This document shows positions 1 to 10,031 of a DNA stretch of 64,000 bases, one piece after another. The stretch is from an uncultured delta proteobacterium (GTDB lineage Bacteria; Desulfobacterota; Desulfomonilia; UBA1062). The position numbers and the translations under genes are program-made. Position 1 is the first letter of the stretch. Each line of letters opens with the position of its first letter. The notes beneath the pieces are model-generated. The model searched no databases, had not been told where the DNA came from, and was given only the letters and a program-made list of their open reading frames with translations. The stretch is from the NCBI GenBank assembly GCA_963785235.1, contig CAWAUM010000012.1:235995-299994 (forward strand), given 5' to 3'.

Positions 1-346
1 GATTTACCTTAAGGCTTGAATTTTCCCGCCCGATCTCTTCGATGACTCTATCATGATCCTTGAGCTTGCGGGCAACGTCCTTTTTCTCAAAAAGGATCTG
101 GGAGAACTCAGTATTCAGATCCTCAATGGTTTCTACAGCCCTGGCAATGGTGGCATGAGCAATGTCTTTTGATACCATGGGGGATATAACCGGTTCTTTG
201 TGGGCTGCCGGTGCAGGAGCGGTCTGCTCTTTGATCTCTTCCTGGGGCTTTATAAGTACCGGGTCTACATTCCAGGGCCTGTTGGGACGGCGCTTCTGCA
301 TCTTGGGCATCCGCTGCGCTACGCTTGTATCAAAACCGTCTTTCAT
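1..346 (-). CDS. PomX-like protein, N-terminal part (runs off window edge): basic N-terminal peptide, Pro/Ala-rich linker, start of coiled coil
   Basis: Not in the ORF track. Hand translation from ATG at 346 (AGGAG RBS upstream): MKDGFDTSVAQRMPKMQKRRPNRPWNVDPVLIKPQEEIKEQTAPAPAAHKEP...AVETIEDLNTEFSQILFEKKDVARKLKDHDRVIEEIGRENSSLKVN, open to the edge. Confidence 0.65.
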   Translation of the reverse strand, partial: MKDGFDTSVAQRMPKMQKRRPNRPWNVDPVLIKPQEEIKEQTAPAPAAHKEPVISPMVSKDIAHATIARAVETIEDLNTEFSQILFEKKDVARKLKDHDRVIEEIGRENSSLKVN

Positions 347-439
347 AGATAATAACTCCTCATTTCAATCTATTGGCATCAGAAAAAGATCCAATGCCCT
401 TCAGGTTGCTTCCGAGCACTACGTTAACCATAAAACCGA

Positions 440-1399
440 TTAAAAAACAATCGGGAGATTGGGAAAAACCTCCCGAATAAAATCATTCAGATCTACCGAG
501 CCTCTGTTCTTCGGTGCATACTGCGTAATAGGTATCCCTACACTCGCAGCCTCGGCAATTTTTATGTCCTGGCGTATCAATGTCTTCATAAGATAACCAT
601 TATAGTGCGTCTCCAATGCCTCTTTCGCCCGCTGGCAGATATTGTGGGATGCATTATAGTTATTCAGAAAGATATAGATATTCTCAAAGATGAATTCAAA
701 GTCTTCCTCAATAGTCGATAACGTCTCGAAGAGGATCTTAAGCCCATGGTAAGACAGAAAATCCGCCAGAACCGGTACAAAAAGATCATTGCAGGCCAGG
801 ATGCCGTTCAGATTCAACAAGCCGATGGATGGCGAGGCATCCATGACGATAACATCATAGTCATTCTGGATCGCGGTTATACTCTTTCTCAGGCGCTGCT
901 CACGGGCATTCATGGAAGTGAGAGCCAGTTCCACCGGAGAGAGGTCGAGGTTTGCAGGGATAAGCTTCAGATTTTTCATCTTGGTATTTATGATAATGTC
1001 GCGAATGTCAGTCTTCTCGATAAGGACACTATATAAGGTGTTTTCAATGGAATCATGATCGATCCCGAGACATTGAGTGAGATGGCCCTGGGGATCAAGG
1101 TCCATGAGGAGTACCTGCATGCCGAGCTGAGCCAGCCTGAAGGCATAGAAGGCCGAACTGCTCGTCTTGCCTGTTCCCCCTTTAAAGTTGAGGAATATCT
1201 GTCTCCTTTTGGATGCTAACAAGGGAGGTTTTCCGAGGCTCTTGAGATAAAAGGGGATATCATGCGGATAATAGATACGGACGCCATCAGCAAGCTGGGG
1301 TTGAGGGAGTGTTCCCTCAATCTCCATTTTCAACAGGGACGGCTTTGAAATCCCGAGCAATGTTGCAAATTCCTTGGCCGTATATACGGTCTGTTCCAT
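440..1399 (-). CDS. ParA/MinD-family ATPase with N-terminal HTH-like extension, PomZ/AgmE-like
   Basis: Deviant Walker A LNFKGGTGKTS, DLDPQGH, DASPSIG, and DLFVPVLADFLSYHGLKILFET, which matches myxobacterial PomZ as I recall it. Confidence 0.85.
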   Translation of the reverse strand: MEQTVYTAKEFATLLGISKPSLLKMEIEGTLPQPQLADGVRIYYPHDIPFYLKSLGKPPLLASKRRQIFLNFKGGTGKTSSSAFYAFRLAQLGMQVLLMDLDPQGHLTQCLGIDHDSIENTLYSVLIEKTDIRDIIINTKMKNLKLIPANLDLSPVELALTSMNAREQRLRKSITAIQNDYDVIVMDASPSIGLLNLNGILACNDLFVPVLADFLSYHGLKILFETLSTIEEDFEFIFENIYIFLNNYNASHNICQRAKEALETHYNGYLMKTLIRQDIKIAEAASVGIPITQYAPKNRGSVDLNDFIREVFPNLPIVF

Positions 1400-2056
1400 C
1401 TATGAGCGCTCCCTCATGATCTCCCACCAACCCTGCCACCTTGCAATAATCCACTCGAATTCCTCTGATGAAGCACCAAGGGGTTCTCCAAAATCCTCAC
1501 CCGTGAGCCTTTTTAGGGTATGCGCAGCCTGCATTCTCACTTCATGAGATGTGTCTTCCAGTGCCTGGATTACCTGCTCCACATTTTCTATGGATCCCCA
1601 TATGGCGATCAGCCTCAGACAGTCCTTCCTGACGGATTCATCCGGATCTTCTCTGCAGAGTCTTGCCACTGCGCCAAGAGAGCTCTTGTCATTCAACCAG
1701 AAAATGTAGCTGATAATCCTCCTGCGGACATAGGAGTCTGGGTCTTCAAGCCATTTGATCCCATCTTCAGGACGGAATGCGCCTCTACGGAAAAGATACC
1801 GTATGGCCCGCGCCCTCACCCTGGGGTCTTCATCCCGGGTGGCTGCATGGAAGATATTCGAGAAATCGGCCTGGGCATCAAAGAGGATGTCATAGATGGC
1901 AGTAGCCGTAGGCTTATCGGCATCTTTAAGGACCTCGGACAAAACCTTCTCTGGGTCCGGGATATCGTTGAGTATGGCCCTTGCAGCCATCTTCTTGATT
2001 TCAGGGTCTGCATCATGCAGGTCTGCGAGAATCTGGTTCAAGCCGATACCCTTCAA
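1400..2056 (-). CDS. HEAT-repeat protein (occupies the PomY position)
   Basis: Repeated D-x-D-x-x-VR-x-x-A motifs (DEDPRVRARA, DPDSYVRRR, DPDESVRKD, DTSHEVRMQA). TTG start at 2056 follows a GGGGAGG RBS (ORF open to 2104). Stop abuts the ATG of the ATPase. Confidence 0.75.
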   Translation of the reverse strand: MKGIGLNQILADLHDADPEIKKMAARAILNDIPDPEKVLSEVLKDADKPTATAIYDILFDAQADFSNIFHAATRDEDPRVRARAIRYLFRRGAFRPEDGIKWLEDPDSYVRRRIISYIFWLNDKSSLGAVARLCREDPDESVRKDCLRLIAIWGSIENVEQVIQALEDTSHEVRMQAAHTLKRLTGEDFGEPLGASSEEFEWIIARWQGWWEIMRERS

Positions 2057-2168
2057 CGAACCCTCCCCTTTTTGTATGTATGAATATAAAGGGGAAGGAT
2101 GCAATCAGTCAAGCATATCAAAGAAAAGGATTTTATCCGCTCATGACTCCATGGTAGAGCAGTCCTTT

Positions 2169-4313
2169 ATGGGAGCCCTCATAGCCGATGTAGTCATTCT
2201 TACAAACATACCCAAGATTCTCTCCTATTCTATCCCTGAAGGGGTATGCCCAAAGGTAGGTTGCAGGGTCGAAGCGCCGGTCAGGAAGGCGACAAGGATC
2301 GGTATCGTCATCGGCATCCACGAGGGAACTCAGACATTTGAAGGGTTAAAGGACCTCATATGCGTACTTGATGAGCATCCTTTCATAACATCCGAACTCA
2401 TCGAGCTCATCACCTGGACTTCGAGATATTACCATGCAGGCATAGGCCCCTGCATGGCATTAGCCTTTCCCCCATACCTCAGGGGAGGCCGAACTATAAC
2501 AATAGATATAGACCCGGTCTTATTCAGGACCGATCGCATACAAACCAAGACCGGACCTCATCAGAAGGCCATCCTTGATTCCATACCCCATACAGGCATC
2601 CGATTGAGCGACCTCAAAGGCCGTATACCGCGGCATGGCCCAGAATATGAAAGGCCTCATCAATCGCGGCCTCATTGAGCTCAAGGAAGACCCTGTCAGC
2701 TACGTCCCTTCATGCTCACCAACACCGGAGTACACCCCGGACCAGCAGATGGCTGTTCAGGAGATAAGCAAGGCCATCAAGGCAGGCAGATTCCATACCT
2801 ATCTGCTCCACGGGATCACAGGATCGGGCAAGACAGAGGTATATCTGGCAACTGCGATGGAGGCCCTCAGGCATGGCAAGTCGGTCCTCTACCTGGTCCC
2901 TGAGATCGCCCTGACACCCCAGACCATCGACATGGTCAAGAGCAGGATACCTGTAGAGGTGGCGGTGTTCCATTCAGGCCTAGCCCCAAAGGAACGGGCA
3001 AGAGAATTCATGAAGGTGGCCTCAGGTGGTGTCAACTTCGTTCTCGGTACCCGTTCAGCCGTCTTTTCGCCTTTGAAGGAAATCGGCCTCATCATAGTGG
3101 ACGAAGAACATGACCACAGCTACAAGCAGGACGACGGCATACCCTACAACGCCCGGGATCTGAGCATCCTGCGGGCAAGGAACAACCAGGCCGTGGTGAT
3201 CCTGGGCTCCGCAACGCCCAGCATGGAGACTTATCAACGCTCAAGGCTTATCCCATTCAAGCCTCATCACCATGCCGAACCGGATCGGCCCCGCAGCATT
3301 GCCGACAATCGAGATCGTGGATATGAGAGGAGTGGAAGGACCACTGTCGGAAAGACTCATCACGGAGATGAACCATACCGTCTCCAGGGGCGAGCAGGTG
3401 CTGCTCTTCATTAACCGCAGGGGCTTCTCGGCTGCCATGGTATGCCCGGGATGCGGCAAGGTCCTCAGGTGCAAACGCTGCGACAGGAGCCTCACCTACC
3501 ACAAGGCCAAAGGTTTAGGCCTGTGCCACTGGTGCGGCTTTACCATGAAATTGCCCGAGATCTGCCCTTCGTGCGGGTGTCTCGACATGAAGCCCATAGG
3601 AATGGGGACGGAACAGGTCATAGCTTCAGTGGAAAAGACCTGTGCGGATAAGCGCCTGATGCGTATGGACTCGGACGAGATAACGAGTGCAGCGAAATTG
3701 ACAACCGCCCTCGATTCCATCAGGGCCGGCCATGTGGACATCATTGTGGGAACCCAGATGATCTCCAAGGGGCATGACTTCCCCAATCTTACCCTGGTGG
3801 GGGTGATTTATACCGAGCAGCTTCTGCATATGCCCGGACTTCAGGAGCCTGGAAAGGACCTTCCAGCAGATAGTCCAGGTAGCCGGGCGCGCAGGCAGAC
3901 GGAAGTCCGACACCAAGGTCATCATCCAGACCCTTATCCCGGACCACCCGCTTATCCACTCGATTTCACGCTATGATTATCTCTCCATGATAGAAATGGA
4001 AAAGGAGATCAGAAAGGCAACAGGCTTCCCGCCATTCTCCCACATGGCCAGGTGCGTGATCACCTCCATGAAAGACAAGACTGCGCGGGAGTTCTGTACT
4101 CAGATTGCATCGGTTGTCAAGATACAAGGCGTCGAAGTTCTCGGTCCTGCCCCGGCCCCCATTTCGCTTTTAAAGAACCGCAACAGATGGCATATTATTT
4201 TGAGATCCAAGAATAGAGGCTCTCTTCACAAGGCCCTTGACATCATTGAACAGGTCCCATGTCCGAAGGAAGCGGACCTCAAGATCGATGTTGACCCTTA
4301 TTCCATGATGTAA
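2169..4313 (+). CDS. priA: Primosomal protein N' (PriA), split by about four frameshifts (probably sequencing errors)
   Basis: Consecutive ORF fragments carry GITGSGKTEVY, DEEHD, LGSATPS, CxxC zinc knuckles, GTQMISKGHDFPNLT and C-terminal IDVDP. Confidence 0.9.
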
Positions 4314-4326
4314 GGCTAAAAAGTCT

Positions 4327-4437
4327 TTAGGGTTTCCTGTAGGAAAGTCTTCGGACCAGCTTTGCCCGATCCTTGAGCTTGATCTTCAGATAGCATGGGC
4401 TCAAGATGAGGCTTTTAATAACTTCTTTCATTGTCAT
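4327..4437 (-). CDS. Small basic hypothetical protein (36 aa)
   Basis: AGGAG RBS then MTMKEVIKSLILSPCYLKIKLKDRAKLVRRLSYRKP*; lies downstream of tRNA-Ser. Confidence 0.45.
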   Translation of the reverse strand: MTMKEVIKSLILSPCYLKIKLKDRAKLVRRLSYRKP

Positions 4438-4577
4438 CCCTGAACTCCTTTTCATCCTCCATGATTGTGTAATCTTATATATCGGCAGAACCTGATCGTT
4501 TCTGGAGCGCTGATTCATCCTTGGGTATAATCGGTGAGCTAATGATAAAGGGAGATACTCTCAAGCAGTGCGGACTA

Positions 4578-4670
4578 TGGCGGAGAGAGAGGGATTCGAA
4601 CCCTCGGTAGAGCTTTTGACCCTACATTCGCTTAGCAGGCGAACGCCTTCGTCCACTCGGCCATCTCTCC
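4578..4670 (-). tRNA. tRNA-Ser(GCT)
   Basis: GGAGAGATGGCCGAGTGG...TTCGCCT-GCT-AAGCGAA, long variable arm, GGTTCGAATCC T-loop, encoded CCA. Confidence 0.97.
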
Positions 4671-4885
4671 ACCCGCAGCCTGTTCTAAAAAGAAGTCATT
4701 CAGAACTTGCCGCAAACGCGACATACTAACAACATTTAGCACCTATGAGTCAAGTGCTCTGATGCTTTGGGCAAACTTTCTCAGTACCCATGCGACATCA
4801 TACTTGCAATCCCCAATAGGGTGACTTAAAGTGGGCTGGTATTTTTAAGTATTGCATTCAATCTGTTAAACGAGATCGGAAATCT

Positions 4886-5695
4886 ATGAACACGGAAATA
4901 ACAACCTGGATTGAAGTAAAACCAATTGGTTTATTATCATTCCTGGTGTTCTCCCTGTTAATCATGAGCGGATGTTCCTTATGGCAAGGCAAGGCAGCCA
5001 AGGAAATGCCTTGCCTTATCGCACCCGAGCGTATTGAGGGTCTCTATGGCACCAAGCTCACCTCAGCGGACTCACCGGGGAGGATGATACGTCTGAAGCT
5101 ATCCCCTGGCCATCATTCGGAGATGATTACTGACACACTGGACGGCAAGCCCGCCCTGATCGAGAATGGGCAATGGGAATGCCGGCTAGCCTCAACGGTA
5201 ACCGTGAAGCTGACAGGAAGGGTAGGCCAGAAATATGAGAAGCCCGAGGTCATCAACTTTACTGTAGATGGCGACAGCCTTTCAGCCATCCAGTACGATA
5301 AAGATAAATGGGGTAGTATTGATCTGCGCCTGGAACGCAACCCCGAAGTCACGGGAATAGTCTGGCGGCTCGTGCAGATCCAGTATGCGAACAACACGGC
5401 TCTAGTCCCTGAGGATCCATCAAAATACACGCTGATCCTGTCACAGGACGGAACGGTGACCGTGAGGGCAGACTGCAACCGGGGCATGGGGACATATCTG
5501 ATGGCAGGCCCTTGGCTTGTCATGCGCAAACTCGCATACACCCACCAGATCTGCCTGGATAACTCTCTGTTTGACCCATACACCAAGGCGCTTGAAGCGG
5601 TTTCATCATGCATGTTCCGGGAAGGGAACTTTTACATCATGCTCCAGACGGACAGCGGTGTCATGAAATTCGAGCCGGCAGTTGTAGGGCAGTGA
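4886..5695 (+). CDS. Lipoprotein with NlpE-N-like and META (HslJ) domains
   Basis: Lipobox MSGC; META motifs WRLVQI, ADCNRGMGTY, T-x-x-x-C. Confidence 0.7.
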   Translation: MNTEITTWIEVKPIGLLSFLVFSLLIMSGCSLWQGKAAKEMPCLIAPERIEGLYGTKLTSADSPGRMIRLKLSPGHHSEMITDTLDGKPALIENGQWECRLASTVTVKLTGRVGQKYEKPEVINFTVDGDSLSAIQYDKDKWGSIDLRLERNPEVTGIVWRLVQIQYANNTALVPEDPSKYTLILSQDGTVTVRADCNRGMGTYLMAGPWLVMRKLAYTHQICLDNSLFDPYTKALEAVSSCMFREGNFYIMLQTDSGVMKFEPAVVGQ

Positions 5696-5738
5696 AGGGT
5701 TAGAGAGGACTCAGAACAATTCTGAGGAGAAAACCTTA

Positions 5739-5789
5739 CCCGTTAAAATCATGAATCTCGGCTTCACCGAGATTCATGATTTTAACGGG
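5739..5789. repeat. Perfect 23-bp inverted repeat between convergent genes (REP/MITE-like; may also terminate transcription)
   Basis: CCCGTTAAAATCATGAATCTCGG-cttca-CCGAGATTCATGATTTTAACGGG; related element at 52944-53028. Confidence 0.8.
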
Positions 5790-5842
5790 CCATTTTTTGG
5801 TTTTTTATTGAAAAACATTTCCGAGCCGGAACATATCCACCC

Positions 5843-6604
5843 TCAACTCTTCCCCAACAGCCCACGCAGCGTCTCATATGCCCTCTTGGCCGGATCGGGT
5901 GAGTCCATGATCCTGCCCATGAGGTAACTGCCCACGATAACCCCGTCGGCAAAGGTGAGCAGATCATCCACCTGGGCCGCGCTGGACACCCCGAAACCCA
6001 CACACACCGGCAAATCGGTCATCTCCTTGATGATGCCCACCTGGGCCTGCACCTCGGGAGGCAGATCACTTCTTGAGCCTGTAACCCCCTTGGTGGAAAC
6101 CGCATACACGAACCCGCTGCACTGGGAGAGGACCTCTGTCATCCTTTCGGGCCCGGTAGTCGGGGCCACCATCCGGATCAGGTCCATGCCGATCTCGCGG
6201 CAGTCAGCATAGATCTTACACGCATCCCGGGGCAGGTCCGGGATGATTGCCCCTCTCACTCCACAGCCTTTAAGGCTTGCAAACGTCTGAAGAAGCCCAT
6301 TTCGCATCAAAGGATTGATGTAGGACATGACGATGAGCGGTATCTCGAGCATGGTGCTCCACTCTTTAAGACAACCTTGAAACTCATCCATCTTAAACCC
6401 AGCCTGCAGGGCCATGAAGGCGGCCTTCTGCAGCACCGGACCGTCAGCCATGGGGTCAGAGAAGGGAATGCCGATTTCGATGGCCGCAGCGCCTGCATCC
6501 TGAAGAGCCAGGAGGATCCTGCCTGTCGTATCGAAATCCGGCAGACCTGCCGTGACATACGGGATTATTGCCTTTTTATGATCTTGTATTGCCTTAGCTA
6601 TCAT
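5843..6604 (-). CDS. trpA: Tryptophan synthase alpha subunit
   Basis: IEIGIPFSDPMADGPVLQ, GVTG, VGFGVS motifs. Confidence 0.97.
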   Translation of the reverse strand: MIAKAIQDHKKAIIPYVTAGLPDFDTTGRILLALQDAGAAAIEIGIPFSDPMADGPVLQKAAFMALQAGFKMDEFQGCLKEWSTMLEIPLIVMSYINPLMRNGLLQTFASLKGCGVRGAIIPDLPRDACKIYADCREIGMDLIRMVAPTTGPERMTEVLSQCSGFVYAVSTKGVTGSRSDLPPEVQAQVGIIKEMTDLPVCVGFGVSSAAQVDDLLTFADGVIVGSYLMGRIMDSPDPAKRAYETLRGLLGKS

Positions 6605-6606
6605 GG

Positions 6607-7755
6607 TCAGCCCCCTAACACCGTGTGGATGTCCTTGTCTCCCCTGCCGGAGAGATTGACCAGGACCTTTCTGCCCGGTTTATCCTTGCAATACTCTACA
6701 AGATACCCGATGGCATGGGCGCTCTCCAGGGCAGGGGCGATCCCCTCCAGCCTGTTCAGCAGCTTGAAGGCGTCCAGCGCCTGCTCGTCATTGACCAGGA
6801 CGTAACGCGCCCCTTTCATGGAGGCAAGAAAGCTGTGCTCAGGACCAACGCCAGGATAGTCCAGGCCCGCTGCGATGGAGTGGGTCTCAACAACCTGACC
6901 GTCCTTGTCCTGAAGCAGGAAGGACCGCGTGCCGTGGAGGACGCCCGGTGTCCCGAAGTTGATGCTGGCGCCGTGCCTGCCATTGCCCTGGCCATAGGCC
7001 TCCACCCCGATCAGGTCCACCTTGTCTTCATCAAGAAAGGCGCTGAATATCCCGATGGCATTGCTGCCGCCGCCCACACATGCCACCACGGCATCAGGCA
7101 GCGAGCCTGACAAGGCAATGATCTGCTGTCTTGCCTCACGGCCTATAATCTCCTGGAAAGCCCGCACCAGGCTCGGGTAGGGGTGCGGACCGATGGCTGA
7201 GCCGATGAGGTAGTACGTAGTGTCTACATTTGTTATCCAGTCCCTGATGGCCTCGCTGGTTGCATCCTTCAAGGTAGCGCTGCCGCCGCCGACCGGGACC
7301 ACCTCGGCACCTAGAAGCTTCATACGCTCCACATTTATCTGCTGCCTGGCAATGTCCGTGCTGCCCATATACACATGGCATTCCATGCCGAACAGGGCGC
7401 ATACCGTTGCCGTTGCCACACCATGCTGGCCCGCCCCGGTCTCGGCGATGATCCTGCGCTTTCCCATGCGCCTGGCGAGCAGTATCTGGCCGATTGCGTT
7501 GTTGATCTTGTGAGAGCCGGTATGGTTGAGGTCTTCCCTTTTGAGCCACACGTCGAGCCCGAGGTGCACGGAGAGCCTTTCCGCATGAGTGATAGGTGTG
7601 GGCCTGCCCACATAGTTGACCATATAGGAGTTGAATTCATCCCAGAAGGTCTTATCGTCAAAGGCCTTTCCCATGGCAGCATCCAGTCCATCAAGCGCGG
7701 GCAGTAATGTTTCAGGCACGTACTGCCCTCCGAATTCTCCAAAGTATCCCTTCAT
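6607..7755 (-). CDS. trpB: Tryptophan synthase beta subunit
   Basis: [43 protein letters not shown]. Confidence 0.98.
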   Translation of the reverse strand: MKGYFGEFGGQYVPETLLPALDGLDAAMGKAFDDKTFWDEFNSYMVNYVGRPTPITHAERLSVHLGLDVWLKREDLNHTGSHKINNAIGQILLARRMGKRRIIAETGAGQHGVATATVCALFGMECHVYMGSTDIARQQINVERMKLLGAEVVPVGGGSATLKDATSEAIRDWITNVDTTYYLIGSAIGPHPYPSLVRAFQEIIGREARQQIIALSGSLPDAVVACVGGGSNAIGIFSAFLDEDKVDLIGVEAYGQGNGRHGASINFGTPGVLHGTRSFLLQDKDGQVVETHSIAAGLDYPGVGPEHSFLASMKGARYVLVNDEQALDAFKLLNRLEGIAPALESAHAIGYLVEYCKDKPGRKVLVNLSGRGDKDIHTVLGG

Positions 7756-8312
7756 GACTTGGCCTCCCTGATAAATCTCTCTACTTTCAGCGGGTCCTTG
7801 ATGCCCGGCGACATCTCTACACCCGAAGACACGTCCACACCTTCAGGCGAAGCTTTCATGATGGCCTCCCGGACATTATCCGGGGTAAGCCCTCCGGCCA
7901 GGATGAAAGGGATGTCGCGTTTTTCCCATATTCCTTTCATGCCTTTGCCCGTGCTCGCGTCCATAAGGATACGGCAGGGGTAACCCGGGAGCATGCCCTG
8001 CCTGTACTCGTGTGTGGCATAGATGATGCCGTACTGCTCCATCAGACGCTCATGCCTTTCTGAAGGTGCTGCATGGAGCTGAATAGTGTCAATCCCGAGG
8101 TCTTCACAGGTCTTAAGGATCTCATCCACACCTTCATCCATGAATACCGCCACCTTCTCCACAGAGGTTATCTCTTGAATCCAGGGTACTATGATCTCTC
8201 GAGATACGTTCCGAGGACTCTTTGTAAAGACAAAGCCCAGGGCATCGGCACCACACCGGGCAGCGAGCAGAGCGTCCTCACGCCTGGTGATGCCGCAGAT
8301 CTTTACCCACAT
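7752..8312 (-). CDS. trpF: Phosphoribosylanthranilate isomerase
   Basis: [26 protein letters not shown]. Confidence 0.95.
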   Translation of the reverse strand: MWVKICGITRREDALLAARCGADALGFVFTKSPRNVSREIIVPWIQEITSVEKVAVFMDEGVDEILKTCEDLGIDTIQLHAAPSERHERLMEQYGIIYATHEYRQGMLPGYPCRILMDASTGKGMKGIWEKRDIPFILAGGLTPDNVREAIMKASPEGVDVSSGVEMSPGIKDPLKVERFIREAKS

Positions 8313-9035
8313 GGAAGATATCCTCCCTTAATGTCCTGTCCGCAAAGGCCCTGCCGATTAACACGGCATCATAGCCAAAGGTTCTGAGTTCAATAAGCCT
8401 TGTCCCTGATGTTATGCCGCTCTCGGCAACCTTAACCGCATGAGTAGGGATATACCCGCAAGCTCTTCGTGTCTTACAGGGTCAACCTGAAGGTTTTTCA
8501 GGTCCCTGGAATTCACGCCGATGATCTCTGCACCCACTGCAATGGCCTTGTCCAGACCATCCAGGCCGTGGACCTCCACGAGGCAGTCCATGCCCAGGTC
8601 CTTCCCGCATGCATACAGGGCCTTGAGCTCTTTCAGGCTCAACATCTCGGTTATGAGCAGAAAGGCATCGGCACCCAGGGCACGGCCGGTCTTGATCTGC
8701 CGCTCATCCACAATAAAGTCCTTCATCATGACCGGCAAAGAACAGCTTGCACGGATGATGCCGATGTATTCGAGACAACCTGCAAAATACTCCGGCTCGG
8801 TGAGACACGAAATGGCGCTTGCGCCAAGCCGTTCGTAATCGCGTGCAATGGTTGCCGGGTCATCGGTGATCCCGAGCAGGCCGTCCCTGGGTGTGGCATA
8901 CTTCACCTCTGCAATAACAGCCATACCATTCAAGGCAGCCTTGAAGGGTCTGACCGGGAAGGGATACCCTGCGGGTAGAATAAGCCCTGCCGAGCGTTTT
9001 TGCGAGAGCCTGTACATCTTGTCCAGAAAATCCAT
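8278..9035 (-). CDS. trpC: Indole-3-glycerol phosphate synthase (read in frame with TrpD; C-terminal frameshift near 8455)
   Basis: VIAEVK, SCLTEPEYF, KDFIVD, LVEVH, IIGVNSRDL; the shifted frame continues VKVAESGI...DAVLIG to TGA at 8278. Confidence 0.88.
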
Positions 9036-10031
9036 GGTTACTGCCCTGGCTCGCTTCAGGGCATTAAGGGCCTCCCCGTTTTTGATCACCTTTGCCGCCA
9101 TGACCACTCCATCCCTGATCCCCACCGTGCCGTCCACGGCCATAAAGGCTGCAGCCGCATTCAGGAGCAGGCTGTTCAGGCATGCACCTTCGAGCTTACC
9201 ATCGAAAAGGTCTTTTATCTTCTGTGCGGATTCCATGGGAGACGCTACCTTGAGGTCTTCCATGGACATGCATGCAAGCCCGGCCTGCTCGGGCGTAATC
9301 TCACCTTTTGTGATCCTGCCGTCAGAGAGCCTTGCATATCTGGTGGGTCCGGCAATGGATACTTCATCGAGCCCGCTGTGTACTACCATGGCACCCTTGA
9401 GCCCCATGTTCTTCAACACCTCGATGATGGGGTCAACCAGGGATGCCGCATAAACGCCTATGACCTGATTGGTTGCGCTGGCAGGGTTTGCAAGCGGGCC
9501 CAGGGTATTGAAGATGGTGCGGATCCCCAGCTGCTTCCGGGCCGGCATGGCGTACTTCATGCTCGGATGATAGGCAGGTGCAAACAGAAAGCAGAAACCC
9601 TTTTCCTGAATTGCCCTTGCGGCATCATCCGGTCCAAGGTCAATGGGCACGCCCAGCGCCTCCAGGCAGTCGGCACTCCCGGAAGAGGAGCTCACGGACC
9701 GGTTGCCGTGCTTGGCAACATTGTATCCGGCCCCGGCCATAACAAAGGCCACGGCAGTGGATATGTTAAAGGTAGAGGCGCCGTCTCCGCCTGTTCCGCA
9801 CGTGTCTACAACCATGTCACACCCGGTTTTCACCGGCAGTGCCCTGCTGCGCATGACACGGGCCGCTGTCTCGATCTCCTCTGGGGTCTCCCCCTTGATC
9901 CGTAGCGCAGTGAGGAACCCGCCTATCTGAACATCATTGGCCTGGCCTGACATGATCAGATCAAATGCGTGTTCCATCTCTGCGGGGCTCAAGTGTTGTC
10001 CTGAGATCAATTTTTCAAAAGACGCCTTCAT
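9036..10031 (-). CDS. trpD: Anthranilate phosphoribosyltransferase (no in-frame stop before trpC)
   Basis: DTCGTGGDG, NISTA, KHGNRSVSS, RTIFNTLGPLANP. Confidence 0.93.

Noticed and set aside
2169-4313. priA as a pseudogene or programmed-frameshift gene
   Set aside because: Similar single-base shifts hit trpC, the macAB-tolC genes, wecB, the cNMP protein and the USP without accumulated in-frame stops; long-read indel error is the simpler explanation.
4578-5700. Integrative element at tRNA-Ser (or at tRNA-Arg 47173)
   Set aside because: No integrase and no duplicated tRNA 3' end seen in the window.
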